Shown: positions 7,955-17,343 of the stretch, piece by piece | Position numbering within the stretch: the first letter of the stretch is position 1 | How the letters are laid out: each line of letters starts with the position of its first letter | DNA from: Ignavibacteriales bacterium | Lineage (GTDB): Bacteria > Bacteroidota > Ignavibacteria > UBA10030 > UBA6906 | Direction: 5' to 3' | Length of the DNA stretch: 26,767 bases | NCBI GenBank assembly: GCA_037441705.1 | Contig: JBBIRR010000049.1 | Span: forward strand, 1 to 26,767 | Translations under genes and position numbers: made by a program | The notes under the pieces: generated by a model | Databases searched by the model: none | Told to the model about the DNA's origin: nothing | The model's input: the letters and a program-made list of their open reading frames with translations, nothing else

Positions 7955-8971
7955 ATGTTCAAGAGCCTGTCGTTCATCTTCTGCTGTGTGATCGTGTTCA
8001 GTTGTGCTAAGCCGGTTGACCCCGAATCGCTGACGCCGGGGACGGGAGGGTATTCGATTGTTGCCAGAGTACCGACACCGGGCTCCGCACAGGATGTCGA
8101 AGTGATGGACACGCTTGCCTTTGTTGCTCAGGGGGAAGGAGGGCTGGCTGTCGTGAGTGTGGCCGATGGAGCTCGGGCGCGCATCCTCTCCATTTGCATT
8201 GATGGGGTCCGCGGCTACTCATACAAACTGGCGCGCAGGGACTCCATTATCTACATCGCTGCGGGAGGGTTCGGTATCAACACGATCAACGTTGCCAGGC
8301 CCGACACGGCTGCGTTCGTGGCCCACTATGGCGGCGCAAGCAGCACGACGGATGTGGAGGTATTCGGGACGTGGCTGCTGGAAGCCAAAGGAGAAGCCGG
8401 GTTACGCTTCGATGCTCTCGCGGGCGTTGATCCGGGCTATGTGGATGCACGAGGCTCGATCCTCGGTCCGGGTTATGCGCGCGGCATGGCCATTACTGCC
8501 GATAGCACGCTCGCCCTCACCTGCGGTGAAATGGGACTGGCGATTTATGACCTGCGCGACATTGGACGCGTCGAGGGCTTCTATGATTCCGGGAAGAGGT
8601 ATGACGCGTGGATTGATCTCCCCGGGTATGCTGTTGACGTCGCAGTGCCCGAGAACCAGAAGATTGCCTACGTTGCGTGCGGCACCGCCGGGGTTCAGGT
8701 CGTGGATTTCTCCGACACGGCCAACGTTCGCGTGATCGGCAGCTACGCGACGAGGGGCTACGCGAAAGAAATCGCGTACAAGGATCGTCGCGTCTACGTT
8801 ACGACCGAACTCAGGGGCTTGCAAATTCTCTCGGTCGAAAATCCCGCGGCACCCACTCTTGTGGGTGTTGTCGGCACGAGCTATGCGTTAGGCCTTGCGG
8901 TTGATCAGCGATACGTGTACGTGGCGGACCAGGATGAAGGATTGGTGATTGTCGCAATCCCTCAATACTAA
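7955..8971 (+). CDS. LVIVD-repeat (beta-propeller) lipoprotein
   Basis: Lipobox VFSC; repeats AFVAQGEGGLAVVSV, AYVACGTAGVQVVDFSD, VYVTTELRGLQILSVENP, YVYVADQDEGLVIV. Confidence 0.85.
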   Translation: MFKSLSFIFCCVIVFSCAKPVDPESLTPGTGGYSIVARVPTPGSAQDVEVMDTLAFVAQGEGGLAVVSVADGARARILSICIDGVRGYSYKLARRDSIIYIAAGGFGINTINVARPDTAAFVAHYGGASSTTDVEVFGTWLLEAKGEAGLRFDALAGVDPGYVDARGSILGPGYARGMAITADSTLALTCGEMGLAIYDLRDIGRVEGFYDSGKRYDAWIDLPGYAVDVAVPENQKIAYVACGTAGVQVVDFSDTANVRVIGSYATRGYAKEIAYKDRRVYVTTELRGLQILSVENPAAPTLVGVVGTSYALGLAVDQRYVYVADQDEGLVIVAIPQY

Positions 8972-9006
8972 CTGACTCCCGCTTGTTCAATTCTTTGAGG
9001 TGAACG

Positions 9007-12000
9007 ATGACGCGCACATTGTGCATTCTTGGCTTGATCCTCGCGGTTCTTTCCTGCCCCTCGCGAGGCGAATGGGTCGCACTCAGCCGGGGCTCAGCGC
9101 TGCCGGTTGCTCCGGTCGTTTCACTCCTTGACGATGATCAGCTACATACTACGTTGAAGGTAGAGCTGTCGGGGTTTGATATGGACGAGTTTGTTGCTGG
9201 CGGGAAAACTTATCACTCCATTGACCTGCTGACGGACATTGCCACAAACGAAGCGGGAAGCCCGGAAGTCCCGTATGTTGCCACGATGCTTGCCGCTCCC
9301 GATCAGGGCGATGTGACAGTCGAGGTGATTGCACATGGAGAAATCCTCAAGTTTACGGACGTGCTGCTGCCGCCTTCGCGACCGAGCTGGCAGGAGGGGG
9401 AGCCGGAGCCGGCGTATGTGGAAAACAACGCGGCGTACACGTCAGGCGCGGCGTATCCGTCGTCGTATGTTGCTGTTGACGAGCCGGTGGTGTTTCGTGA
9501 TTTTCGTGTGGCGCGTGTTGCCATCTATCCGGTGCGTTATGTGCCGAAGTCAAAGCAACTGGAGGTGAGTTCTTCAATGACGATTCGAGTGACCTATGGT
9601 GGAGGAGAGGGAACCAACCCGCGCACGGCACCGAGACGCGCCATTCCGCCGTCGTTCGGGAGCATCTATCGTCACACGTTGTTGAACTACGAGCGTGTGT
9701 TGAATAGACTGTACGGCGGCATGGAACTCGGACGCGAGGTGATGCTCTGCATCCTGCCCGATACGTTCGCCACAACGTTCAAGACGTATGCGGAATGGAA
9801 ACACAAGACGGGCACGTTTGTCATCGTCACCAAGTTCAGCCAGATCGGTGCCAACAGCACGAACCCCGACATCATCAAGAACTACATAGCGCAGTGCTAT
9901 CACAACTGGGCGTTTCCTCCAACGTATATTCTGCTCGGCGGAGATTACGGGTACGTGCCGCGCAAGTATGCGGAAGGGCAATCGTTTTCCAACGAGGATT
10001 ACTTCGTGGAGATCGATGGCAACGATGTCTTTCCGGAGATGTACATCGGGCGGTTGACGCATCAGACCAACACGGTTCTGCAGACCATCATCAACAAACT
10101 CATCAAATACGAGCGGCAGCCGTACCGCGAAAATCAGACGTGGTTCAAGCGTGCGGTTGTGTGTGCGAACAATGCCTATCCCACACAACCGGAAACCAAG
10201 CGCTGGGTCTCGGCGGTGATGCGAGAAAGCGGCGGCTTCATCGTTGATACGCTGCTGAATTCCTACGGCAGTTCGTGCATCTACAACCTGCCGCAGGTGA
10301 TCGGTGCTATCAACAGCGGACGCAGCATCCTCAACTACCGCGGCGAGGGCAACTACGCGGGCTGGTGGGCTTCCTGTTATCCGTTCAACACGAGCAACGT
10401 CTCGAGCTTGAATAACGGCGAGATGCTGACGTTCGTGACCAGCATTGGATGCGGCGTTGCAATGTTCGACTACAGCGGCGGCAACTGTTTCGGCGAGCAA
10501 TGGTTGGAACTCGGTACGCCGACAAGCGCCCGCGGCGCCTGCGCCTTCGTTGGCCCGACGTGGAGCAACACGCACACGAAGTACAACAATGCGATCGACA
10601 AAGGACTCTACGTTGCCCTCTTTCAGGAAGGACTGGAGACGCCGGCTCAAACATTACTGCGCGGCAAAATCCGGATGTACACTCTCTATGGAGGCACGGA
10701 CCCTCAAGTGCCGCTGCATTTTAGGGCGTACACCGTGTTAGGCGATCCCAGCACTCACATCTGGAAAGACGTTCCTCGAGCTGTTCAGCTTACCTACGTT
10801 CCTCAAATCGCCGTCGGCTACAATCAGGCGGAAATACGCGTCCTTGATTCTGCAACGCACGCACCCGTCAGTGGCGCCGAGGTTTGTCTCGCCGGCAAAA
10901 CTGTGTACGTCACCGGGCGGACGGATGCCTCCGGTCTGGCAGTCATACCCGTCACTCCCACGGCCATTGACACGCTGTCCCTCCTTGTCCGAGGTGTCAA
11001 CGTCGTGCCTGCAGAAGGAACAATCTATGTCGTGCAAGAACAAGAGCATGTGGCTCCCCTGGGCGACCCACAGATTGCCGATCTCGATGGGAACCTAGAC
11101 GGCAAGGTGAACCCGAACGAGCACATTCAGATTTCGTATGTGCTGAAAAACTGGGGGACGCAGCCGTCGGTGAATGTCGAAGCGCGGCTGTCTGTTGTCG
11201 ACACGATGTATGGCCAGATCGTCAATGGCGGACCGGTTGCGTATGGGACCCTCGGTCCAAATGAATCCGGTACCGGCTCGGGCACGCCTCTTCAGTTCTT
11301 CGTCAATCCCACGACACCTGTTGGGACGACGTTCCATGTGCGCTTGCATGTCTCCAGCGCGACTCGTTCGTGGAGCTACACGACTCGAACGGATGTTGTC
11401 GGCTGCAGCCTGCAATACGGCGCAACGATTGTCAACGATCAAAACTCCTCGAATCCGAACGGACGGCTTGACCCGGGCGAGACGGCCGTCATCTATGTGA
11501 GAATTCGAAATGAGGGACAGGACGCAGCGCCGAACGTTACCGGCATTCTGCGCACGTCCGACCCATATCTCACGATTCTTGACTCGACGGGAAGTTTCGG
11601 TACACTTGCCATTGGCGACAGCGCGTTGAATACGGCTGATTACTTCGTGGTTGCCGCTTCCGATTCTACTCCTCTTGCCTCGATTCATTCTCTTGCTATT
11701 TCGCTGCGTACGCAGAACGGCAACTATCCTTACGCTGTGGTTCGCGATTTCTCGATTGCTGTCGGACTTCCGAGCGCAACCGACCCGACCGGCCCCGATG
11801 CGTACGGCTATTATGCCTATTCCAGCGACGACAGCCTCTATGTTGCGGCCCCGCGATTTGATTGGGTGGAAATCAGAAGCACCGGAACGCGCGTCCCGTA
11901 CGTCTCGCCCGGGGACTTTACGGTCAATCCCACGCTTCCGTTCACGTTCAAATATTATGGGAGAAATTACACGCGCGTGCGCATCAGCAGCGACGGCTGG

Positions 12001-12783
12001 ATAGCATTCGGGACCGGAACCCAGACGGCCTTCAACAACTATCCTCTTCCGAACAGAGATGGTGTGACCAACATGGTGGCTGCGTTCTGGGATGATTTGT
12101 TTGAGAGTACCAACAATCCGACCAGCAAGCTCTTCTATTACAATGACGCCGTCAATCGCCGTTTCATTGTGGAGTGGGACTCTGTTGCTCACTACAGCGG
12201 CACGCAGTTTCGGGAAAGTTTTCAGATCATCCTCTACGATCCTGCCTTCTATCCAACGCCGACGGGAGACGGGGAGATTCTCGTGCAATACCGGATTGTC
12301 GGTGAGGAGGGGTCATGTACGATCGGCATCGAGGACAGCACGCAGACGATCGGCTTGCAGTACCTCTACAACAGTACGTATGATCAGACGGCGTCGGAGA
12401 TTCGCGACGGTGTGGCAATCAAGTTCACAACAAAACCTCCCGATCGCTTGGTGAGTGTCGGCGAGCGGACAAGCTCCGGCGCGCTGCCGCAAGAGTTCAG
12501 TCTGGAACCGAACTATCCCAATCCGTTCAACCCGGCAACGACGATCACGTACGCCCTGCCGATGGGCGGCCACGTCTCGTTGAAGCTGTACGACATTGTT
12601 GGCCGGGAGGTGTGCACGCTGGTTGATGAGGAACAGCAGGCAGGCGTAAAGTCTGTCCGCTGGGATTCGAAAACACGATACGGCACGCAGGCTGCGAGCG
12701 GCGTCTACTTCGTGCGTTTGGATGTACACGCAGCGAAAGGTAAAGTCTTCTCAAAGGTGCGCAAGATTATGCTCTTGAAATAA
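9007..12783 (+). CDS. Gingipain-like peptidase C25 family protein with propeptide, Ig-like domains and T9SS C-terminal sorting domain (paralog 1)
   Basis: Signal peptide; propeptide (GSPEVP); YILLGGD, PEMYIGR, LNYRGEG, SIGC, LGDPS; C-terminal NYPNPFNPATTITY...ASGVYFVRL...KIMLLK. Confidence 0.9.
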   Translation: MTRTLCILGLILAVLSCPSRGEWVALSRGSALPVAPVVSLLDDDQLHTTLKVELSGFDMDEFVAGGKTYHSIDLLTDIATNEAGSPEVPYVATMLAAPDQGDVTVEVIAHGEILKFTDVLLPPSRPSWQEGEPEPAYVENNAAYTSGAAYPSSYVAVDEPVVFRDFRVARVAIYPVRYVPKSKQLEVSSSMTIRVTYGGGEGTNPRTAPRRAIPPSFGSIYRHTLLNYERVLNRLYGGMELGREVMLCILPDTFATTFKTYAEWKHKTGTFVIVTKFSQIGANSTNPDIIKNYIAQCYHNWAFPPTYILLGGDYGYVPRKYAEGQSFSNEDYFVEIDGNDVFPEMYIGRLTHQTNTVLQTIINKLIKYERQPYRENQTWFKRAVVCANNAYPTQPETKRWVSAVMRESGGFIVDTLLNSYGSSCIYNLPQVIGAINSGRSILNYRGEGNYAGWWASCYPFNTSNVSSLNNGEMLTFVTSIGCGVAMFDYSGGNCFGEQWLELGTPTSARGACAFVGPTWSNTHTKYNNAIDKGLYVALFQEGLETPAQTLLRGKIRMYTLYGGTDPQVPLHFRAYTVLGDPSTHIWKDVPRAVQLTYVPQIAVGYNQAEIRVLDSATHAPVSGAEVCLAGKTVYVTGRTDASGLAVIPVTPTAIDTLSLLVRGVNVVPAEGTIYVVQEQEHVAPLGDPQIADLDGNLDGKVNPNEHIQISYVLKNWGTQPSVNVEARLSVVDTMYGQIVNGGPVAYGTLGPNESGTGSGTPLQFFVNPTTPVGTTFHVRLHVSSATRSWSYTTRTDVVGCSLQYGATIVNDQNSSNPNGRLDPGETAVIYVRIRNEGQDAAPNVTGILRTSDPYLTILDSTGSFGTLAIGDSALNTADYFVVAASDSTPLASIHSLAISLRTQNGNYPYAVVRDFSIAVGLPSATDPTGPDAYGYYAYSSDDSLYVAAPRFDWVEIRSTGTRVPYVSPGDFTVNPTLPFTFKYYGRNYTRVRISSDGWIAFGTGTQTAFNNYPLPNRDGVTNMVAAFWDDLFESTNNPTSKLFYYNDAVNRRFIVEWDSVAHYSGTQFRESFQIILYDPAFYPTPTGDGEILVQYRIVGEEGSCTIGIEDSTQTIGLQYLYNSTYDQTASEIRDGVAIKFTTKPPDRLVSVGERTSSGALPQEFSLEPNYPNPFNPATTITYALPMGGHVSLKLYDIVGREVCTLVDEEQQAGVKSVRWDSKTRYGTQAASGVYFVRLDVHAAKGKVFSKVRKIMLLK

Positions 12784-12828
12784 GCATCACCACACCGAAC
12801 CCACTCACTGGTCAAAAGGAGGCACACG

Positions 12829-15800
12829 ATGATACGAGTGATTTGCTGGAGCATCTTTGCGTCGCTGATTGTTATCTCGCCCGTACACAGCGACTGGGTG
12901 TCGCTGAAAGGACATGTTTCGCAACCTGCCGCCCCGCACGTAACACTTCTGCAAGACGATGCAACGGCAACCGTGCTGCGGATTGACGTATCGGGTTTTG
13001 AGGTGCGCGATGTTGTAGCGGCAGGTCGAACCTACACGGCCGTTGACCTCCTCACACACGCGTTCATGACGGAGGCCGGTTCTCCTGAACTGCCCTGTGT
13101 AACGAAGATTCTTGCAGTCCCGGATCGCGGCGACGTGTCACTCGAAGTCGTTGAAACGGGTGAAGAGTTTACCTTCTTGGGGTATCATGTGCCGCCCGCA
13201 AGGATTTCGTGGATGGAGGGAGACACGGAGCCGCCGTATGTCGAGAGCGCAGACGTGTATCGCTCGGCCGAAGTTTATCCGCCGAGAGCCGCTTCGCTCG
13301 ATCCGCCGGCGGTGTTTCGTGACTTCCGCATCGTGCGTATTGCCGCGTATCCTGTCCGCTACGTTGCCGCGAGGAACGAACTACGCGTAGCGTCATCACT
13401 CACCATCCGCCTCACGTACGGCTCCGGCGATGGAGTGAATCCCCGAACCGGCGCACGCAAACCGATCGCCCCGTCCTTCGCCGCTCTCTATCGTAGCTCC
13501 ATTTTCAATTACCAGAGCATTCTCACCAGAGAATACGGCGGCATGGAGACAGGACGTGATGTGCTCATCTGCATTGTGCCCGATGCGTTTGCCAACAGCC
13601 TGATGCCGTTTGCGAACTGGAGACATAAGACAGGCACGTTCGTGAAGGTGACAAAGTTCAGCGAGATTGGCGCGACCGCAACGAACCCCGATATCATCAA
13701 GAACTATCTTGCGCAGGTCTACAACACGTGGGAGTATCCTCCGACGTATGTGCTGTTAGCAGGCGACTACGGCTATGTTCCCATCAAGCAGGTGACGTAC
13801 GACTACACGATTGTCAGCGAGAATTACTTCGTCGAGATTGAAGGGAATGATTTTCTGCCCGAGATGATGATTGGACGCTTCACGCATGAAAGCGACGTCA
13901 CCGAGCAGAACATCGTCGGCAAAACGGTAAGCTACGAGCGGACACCGTTCACCGCCAACACCGCATGGTTCAAGAAAGGCGTAGTCGCGAGCAACAATGA
14001 GTACGAGTCGGCGATTGTGACAAAGCGGTTCACGCGCGATCGCATGATGCTCGACGGCGGCTTCACGCAGGTGGATACGTTCATGAACCACAGTCCGTGC
14101 TATTCAACGTTGAGCGATCTGATCAACACGATCAATAACGGACGGAGCTTTCTGAACTACCGTGGGGAAGGATGGTACACAGGATGGTGGGCATCGTGTT
14201 ACAACTTCCAGACCTCGAACGTTTCTTCCATAAACAATGGCCGGATGCTCACGTTCGTGACGAGTATTGGCTGCGGGGTCGGCGCGTTCAATCAGGCGTC
14301 CTGCTTTGGCGAAGCATGGCTCGAGCTGGGAACCGTTGCCTCGCCGAGGGGAGCGGTGGCGTTCATTGGGCCTACCTCCAACACACACACGGCCTACAAC
14401 AATAAGATTGACATGGGCATCTACATGGGCTTGTTTCAGGAAGGGTTGGAGACCGCGGGGCAGGCGCTTGAGCGAGGTCGGCTCTTCATGTACGAAGTCT
14501 TCGGGAATCAACGATGGACGGAGTACCAGACGCATGTGTACTGCATCCTCGGCGATCCCAGCTTGCACGTCTGGAAGAATGTCCCGCGTCCGGTTGCGGT
14601 TATTCACCCCTCGTCCATCTCCGTCGGGTATAATCAGGTGTCGTTCAAGGTGACGGATTCTGCAAGCGGCGCGCCGATAGCCGCAGCGCAGGTGTGCCTG
14701 GCCGGAGACAGCCTCTACGCATCAGCGTTCACCGATTACGCCGGGGTTGCCGTTCTTCCAATCACGCCTCCGATGATTGATACGCTGACTGTCCTGGTGA
14801 GAGGCGGCAATGTGATTCCGTATGAAGGTACAATCTCCGTTGCCGCCAACACCGAGTACGTTGCGCCCAGCGAAGAACCTGTTGTGGTTGATCTCGACGG
14901 CAATCTTGATGGGCTGATCAACCCCAACGAGCATGGGCAGATACGCTTCACACTGAAGAACTGGGGAACGCAGACGGCATTGAATGTGCGGGCGACGCTG
15001 AGTGTGGACACATCAAGGGTTGAGCTGCAAACCGCTGCGCCCGTCGAATTTGGAGACATTCCCGGCGGTGCGACGGTTGCCGGTGCTCCGTTCCGCTTCT
15101 TTGTGAAGCCGACGTCGAGCGTTGGTGATACACTGACCTTCGGCCTGCATGTGAGCAGCGCAACGGGCGCGTGGGATTATGTTTACACGCTGGAAGTGAA
15201 AGGTTGCAGGCTGAAAAGCGTTCACTATCTTGTTGACGATCGCGCGTATCCGAGGCCGAACGCCCGGATGGATCCGGGGGAGACGGTGCGGCTGTACCTT
15301 ACGCTGAAGAATGTCGGAGAAGACGTCGCACCGGATGTACGGGCGGTGCTTCGCTGCTCAAATCCAAACATCACGATCCTCGACTCGCTTGCATCCTTTG
15401 GCACGCTGCCAATGGACAGCTCGCTAACCAACTATACAGATTACTTTGTGGTGAAGGTGGACAGTGTATGTCCGCCGGGGTACGTGATGCCGTTCAGTCT
15501 TCTGCTCTCCACGCAGAGCGGGTTGTACGCATACCGCGCTGTTGACACGTTTTCGATTCGCATCTCCGTCGGACGACGCGGCGATCCGACCGGGCCCGAT
15601 GCTTACGGGTACTACGCGTATGCCTCCGATGACACGATGTACCGACAGGCGCCTCGCTTCAACTGGATCGAGATCAGCAGCATCGGCACGCGCGTAACCA
15701 TCCCCTCAAGCGGGAACGTCACCGCCACCGTGAGTCTGCCGTTTACGTTCAGGTACTACGGGACAAATTACACGCAGGTACGCATCAGCAGTGATGGGTG

Positions 15801-16584
15801 GATCGCATTCGGCAGCGGCACGCAAACAGCGCCCTCCGCCTATTGCCTTCCGCGCAGCGATAACGTGAATGCGATGGTTGCAGCGTTCTGGGACGATCTG
15901 TTCTTTCCCACCAGCGTCGACACGAGTCAGAGATTGTACTACTATCATGACGCCGCGAGCCAACGCTTCATCGTCGAGTGGGACAGATTCGGCCACAACA
16001 ACACTCACATCGGGCGATGGAACCAGGAAAAGTTCCAGATCATACTCTCCACCTCCAGTCCCACAGTAGATGGAGAAATCCTCTTCCAGTACAAAACAGT
16101 TGCCTATCCGGTGGAATGCACGGTTGGTCTGGAGGATCATACTCAGACCACCGCGCTTCAGTACATCTGCTACGACCAGCCCAATGATGAGACCGTCACG
16201 CCGTTGAGAAATTCGCTGGCGCTTCTGTTCACAACGCAGTCGCCGCAACTGCTGGTCGGGGTAGATGAGTTACGGGAAGGGGATGGAGAGGTTCCGCGGG
16301 GATTTGCGCTCTTGCAGAACTATCCGAACCCGTTCAATCCCTCCACGCGCATTCCCTTCTCGGTTGGCGGTTCGAGTGGTTCGGCATCCCCCGCCACATG
16401 GTTCGTGAGCTTGAAGGTCTACGATATTCTCGGTCGAGAGGTGCGAACGTTAGTGAATGAGAATCTTCAGTCCGGAAATTATCAGGTGACATTCGATGCC
16501 GGCACACTCGCAAGCGGCGTCTATATCTACAGGCTCACTGCCGGAAGTTTTGTCGCCGCGCGCAAGCTCATTGTGCTCAAGTGA
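12829..16584 (+). CDS. Gingipain-like peptidase C25 family protein with T9SS C-terminal sorting domain (paralog 2)
   Basis: AGGAGG RBS; colinear with paralog 1; YVLLAGD, PEMMIGR, LNYRGEG, SIGC, LGDPSL; NYPNPFNPST...LASGVYIYRL...KLIVLK. Confidence 0.9.
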   Translation: MIRVICWSIFASLIVISPVHSDWVSLKGHVSQPAAPHVTLLQDDATATVLRIDVSGFEVRDVVAAGRTYTAVDLLTHAFMTEAGSPELPCVTKILAVPDRGDVSLEVVETGEEFTFLGYHVPPARISWMEGDTEPPYVESADVYRSAEVYPPRAASLDPPAVFRDFRIVRIAAYPVRYVAARNELRVASSLTIRLTYGSGDGVNPRTGARKPIAPSFAALYRSSIFNYQSILTREYGGMETGRDVLICIVPDAFANSLMPFANWRHKTGTFVKVTKFSEIGATATNPDIIKNYLAQVYNTWEYPPTYVLLAGDYGYVPIKQVTYDYTIVSENYFVEIEGNDFLPEMMIGRFTHESDVTEQNIVGKTVSYERTPFTANTAWFKKGVVASNNEYESAIVTKRFTRDRMMLDGGFTQVDTFMNHSPCYSTLSDLINTINNGRSFLNYRGEGWYTGWWASCYNFQTSNVSSINNGRMLTFVTSIGCGVGAFNQASCFGEAWLELGTVASPRGAVAFIGPTSNTHTAYNNKIDMGIYMGLFQEGLETAGQALERGRLFMYEVFGNQRWTEYQTHVYCILGDPSLHVWKNVPRPVAVIHPSSISVGYNQVSFKVTDSASGAPIAAAQVCLAGDSLYASAFTDYAGVAVLPITPPMIDTLTVLVRGGNVIPYEGTISVAANTEYVAPSEEPVVVDLDGNLDGLINPNEHGQIRFTLKNWGTQTALNVRATLSVDTSRVELQTAAPVEFGDIPGGATVAGAPFRFFVKPTSSVGDTLTFGLHVSSATGAWDYVYTLEVKGCRLKSVHYLVDDRAYPRPNARMDPGETVRLYLTLKNVGEDVAPDVRAVLRCSNPNITILDSLASFGTLPMDSSLTNYTDYFVVKVDSVCPPGYVMPFSLLLSTQSGLYAYRAVDTFSIRISVGRRGDPTGPDAYGYYAYASDDTMYRQAPRFNWIEISSIGTRVTIPSSGNVTATVSLPFTFRYYGTNYTQVRISSDGWIAFGSGTQTAPSAYCLPRSDNVNAMVAAFWDDLFFPTSVDTSQRLYYYHDAASQRFIVEWDRFGHNNTHIGRWNQEKFQIILSTSSPTVDGEILFQYKTVAYPVECTVGLEDHTQTTALQYICYDQPNDETVTPLRNSLALLFTTQSPQLLVGVDELREGDGEVPRGFALLQNYPNPFNPSTRIPFSVGGSSGSASPATWFVSLKVYDILGREVRTLVNENLQSGNYQVTFDAGTLASGVYIYRLTAGSFVAARKLIVLK

Positions 16585-16608
16585 CTTGTTCATCGTCGCC
16601 GCACAAAT

Positions 16609-16643
16609 CAAACCTCACTCGTGCGGGTGAGGTTTGTTTTTTT
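16609..16643 (+). terminator. Rho-independent terminator closing the pgs-C25 operon
   Basis: CAAACCTCAC (16609-16618) / GTGAGGTTTG (16627-16636) perfect 10-bp stem followed by T7. Confidence 0.85.
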
Positions 16644-16713
16644 GGTTAAACCAACGTCGGTTCCCGTGACTCTAATTCCTGACAAGATCATCATTCATAC
16701 CAATGAGGAATTC

Positions 16714-17094
16714 ATGCGATCTTCATTTCTTCACATAGCGCTGGTCTCCCTGCTCGTGCTTCTGGCTCAACCGAGCGTCCTTGCGCAGGGCCCGGGACGT
16801 GGCCGTCCTGCGCCCGACGAGCGAGCGGCGGAGCTAAAGACGCTGCTGAAGTTGTCGGACGAACAGACGACAACGGTGAAGAGGATCTTCGAGCAGCAGG
16901 ACAAGGAAGTGCGCAAGCTGTTCGAGTCTGCCGCCGGTGATCGGGCTGCCATGCGCGAGGCGATGCAGAAGAATGCCCGAGAGACAGACGAAAAGATTCT
17001 CGCTCTGTTGAATGGGGAGCAGCAGACTAAGTACAAGCAGTGGGTGGACGAGCGGCGGGCGCGCTTCGAGCAGCGTCGTTCACGGCGGGAGTGA
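16714..17094 (+). CDS. Small periplasmic helical protein, Spy/CpxP (LTxxQ)-like
   Basis: GAGG before ATG 16714; signal peptide ending VLA-Q; LKLSDEQ and LLNGEQQ motifs; charged helical composition. Confidence 0.75.
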   Translation: MRSSFLHIALVSLLVLLAQPSVLAQGPGRGRPAPDERAAELKTLLKLSDEQTTTVKRIFEQQDKEVRKLFESAAGDRAAMREAMQKNARETDEKILALLNGEQQTKYKQWVDERRARFEQRRSRRE

Positions 17095-17170
17095 TGGAGG
17101 CTCACGGGCGCAAATTCCCATAAATATGGTATTGCGACTGTACGCGTTGTTGGGTTAATTGTTTGCCGAT

Positions 17171-17253
17171 GGCGGTGAGTCCTTTGTCTCAGCAGCAAAG
17201 GATCAGAATCCCGACGGGCGAGTTCCCGCAGACCCCTCGCCCGGCTCACCGCC
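17171..17253. ncRNA. Putative structured RNA (three-way junction) upstream of the sensor kinase
   Basis: GGCGGTGAG/CTCACCGCC closing stem with TCCTTTG/CAAAGGA and CGGGCGAG/CTCGCCCG inner stems, all perfect Watson-Crick. Strand cannot be determined. Confidence 0.45.
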
Positions 17254-17343
17254 TGCATTATTTCCCGAGACGCTTCGCTTCTCTCTTCCACTTGTTTTTC
17301 CATCCCTACTCCGCTACATTGAGATAGCGTATTCGTTGTTGCG

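Noticed and set aside
17171-17253. Hammerhead ribozyme, tRNA or c-di-AMP riboswitch identity for the three-way junction
   Set aside because: No CUGAUGA/GAAA core, no T-loop or CCA, and no ydaO consensus on either strand.
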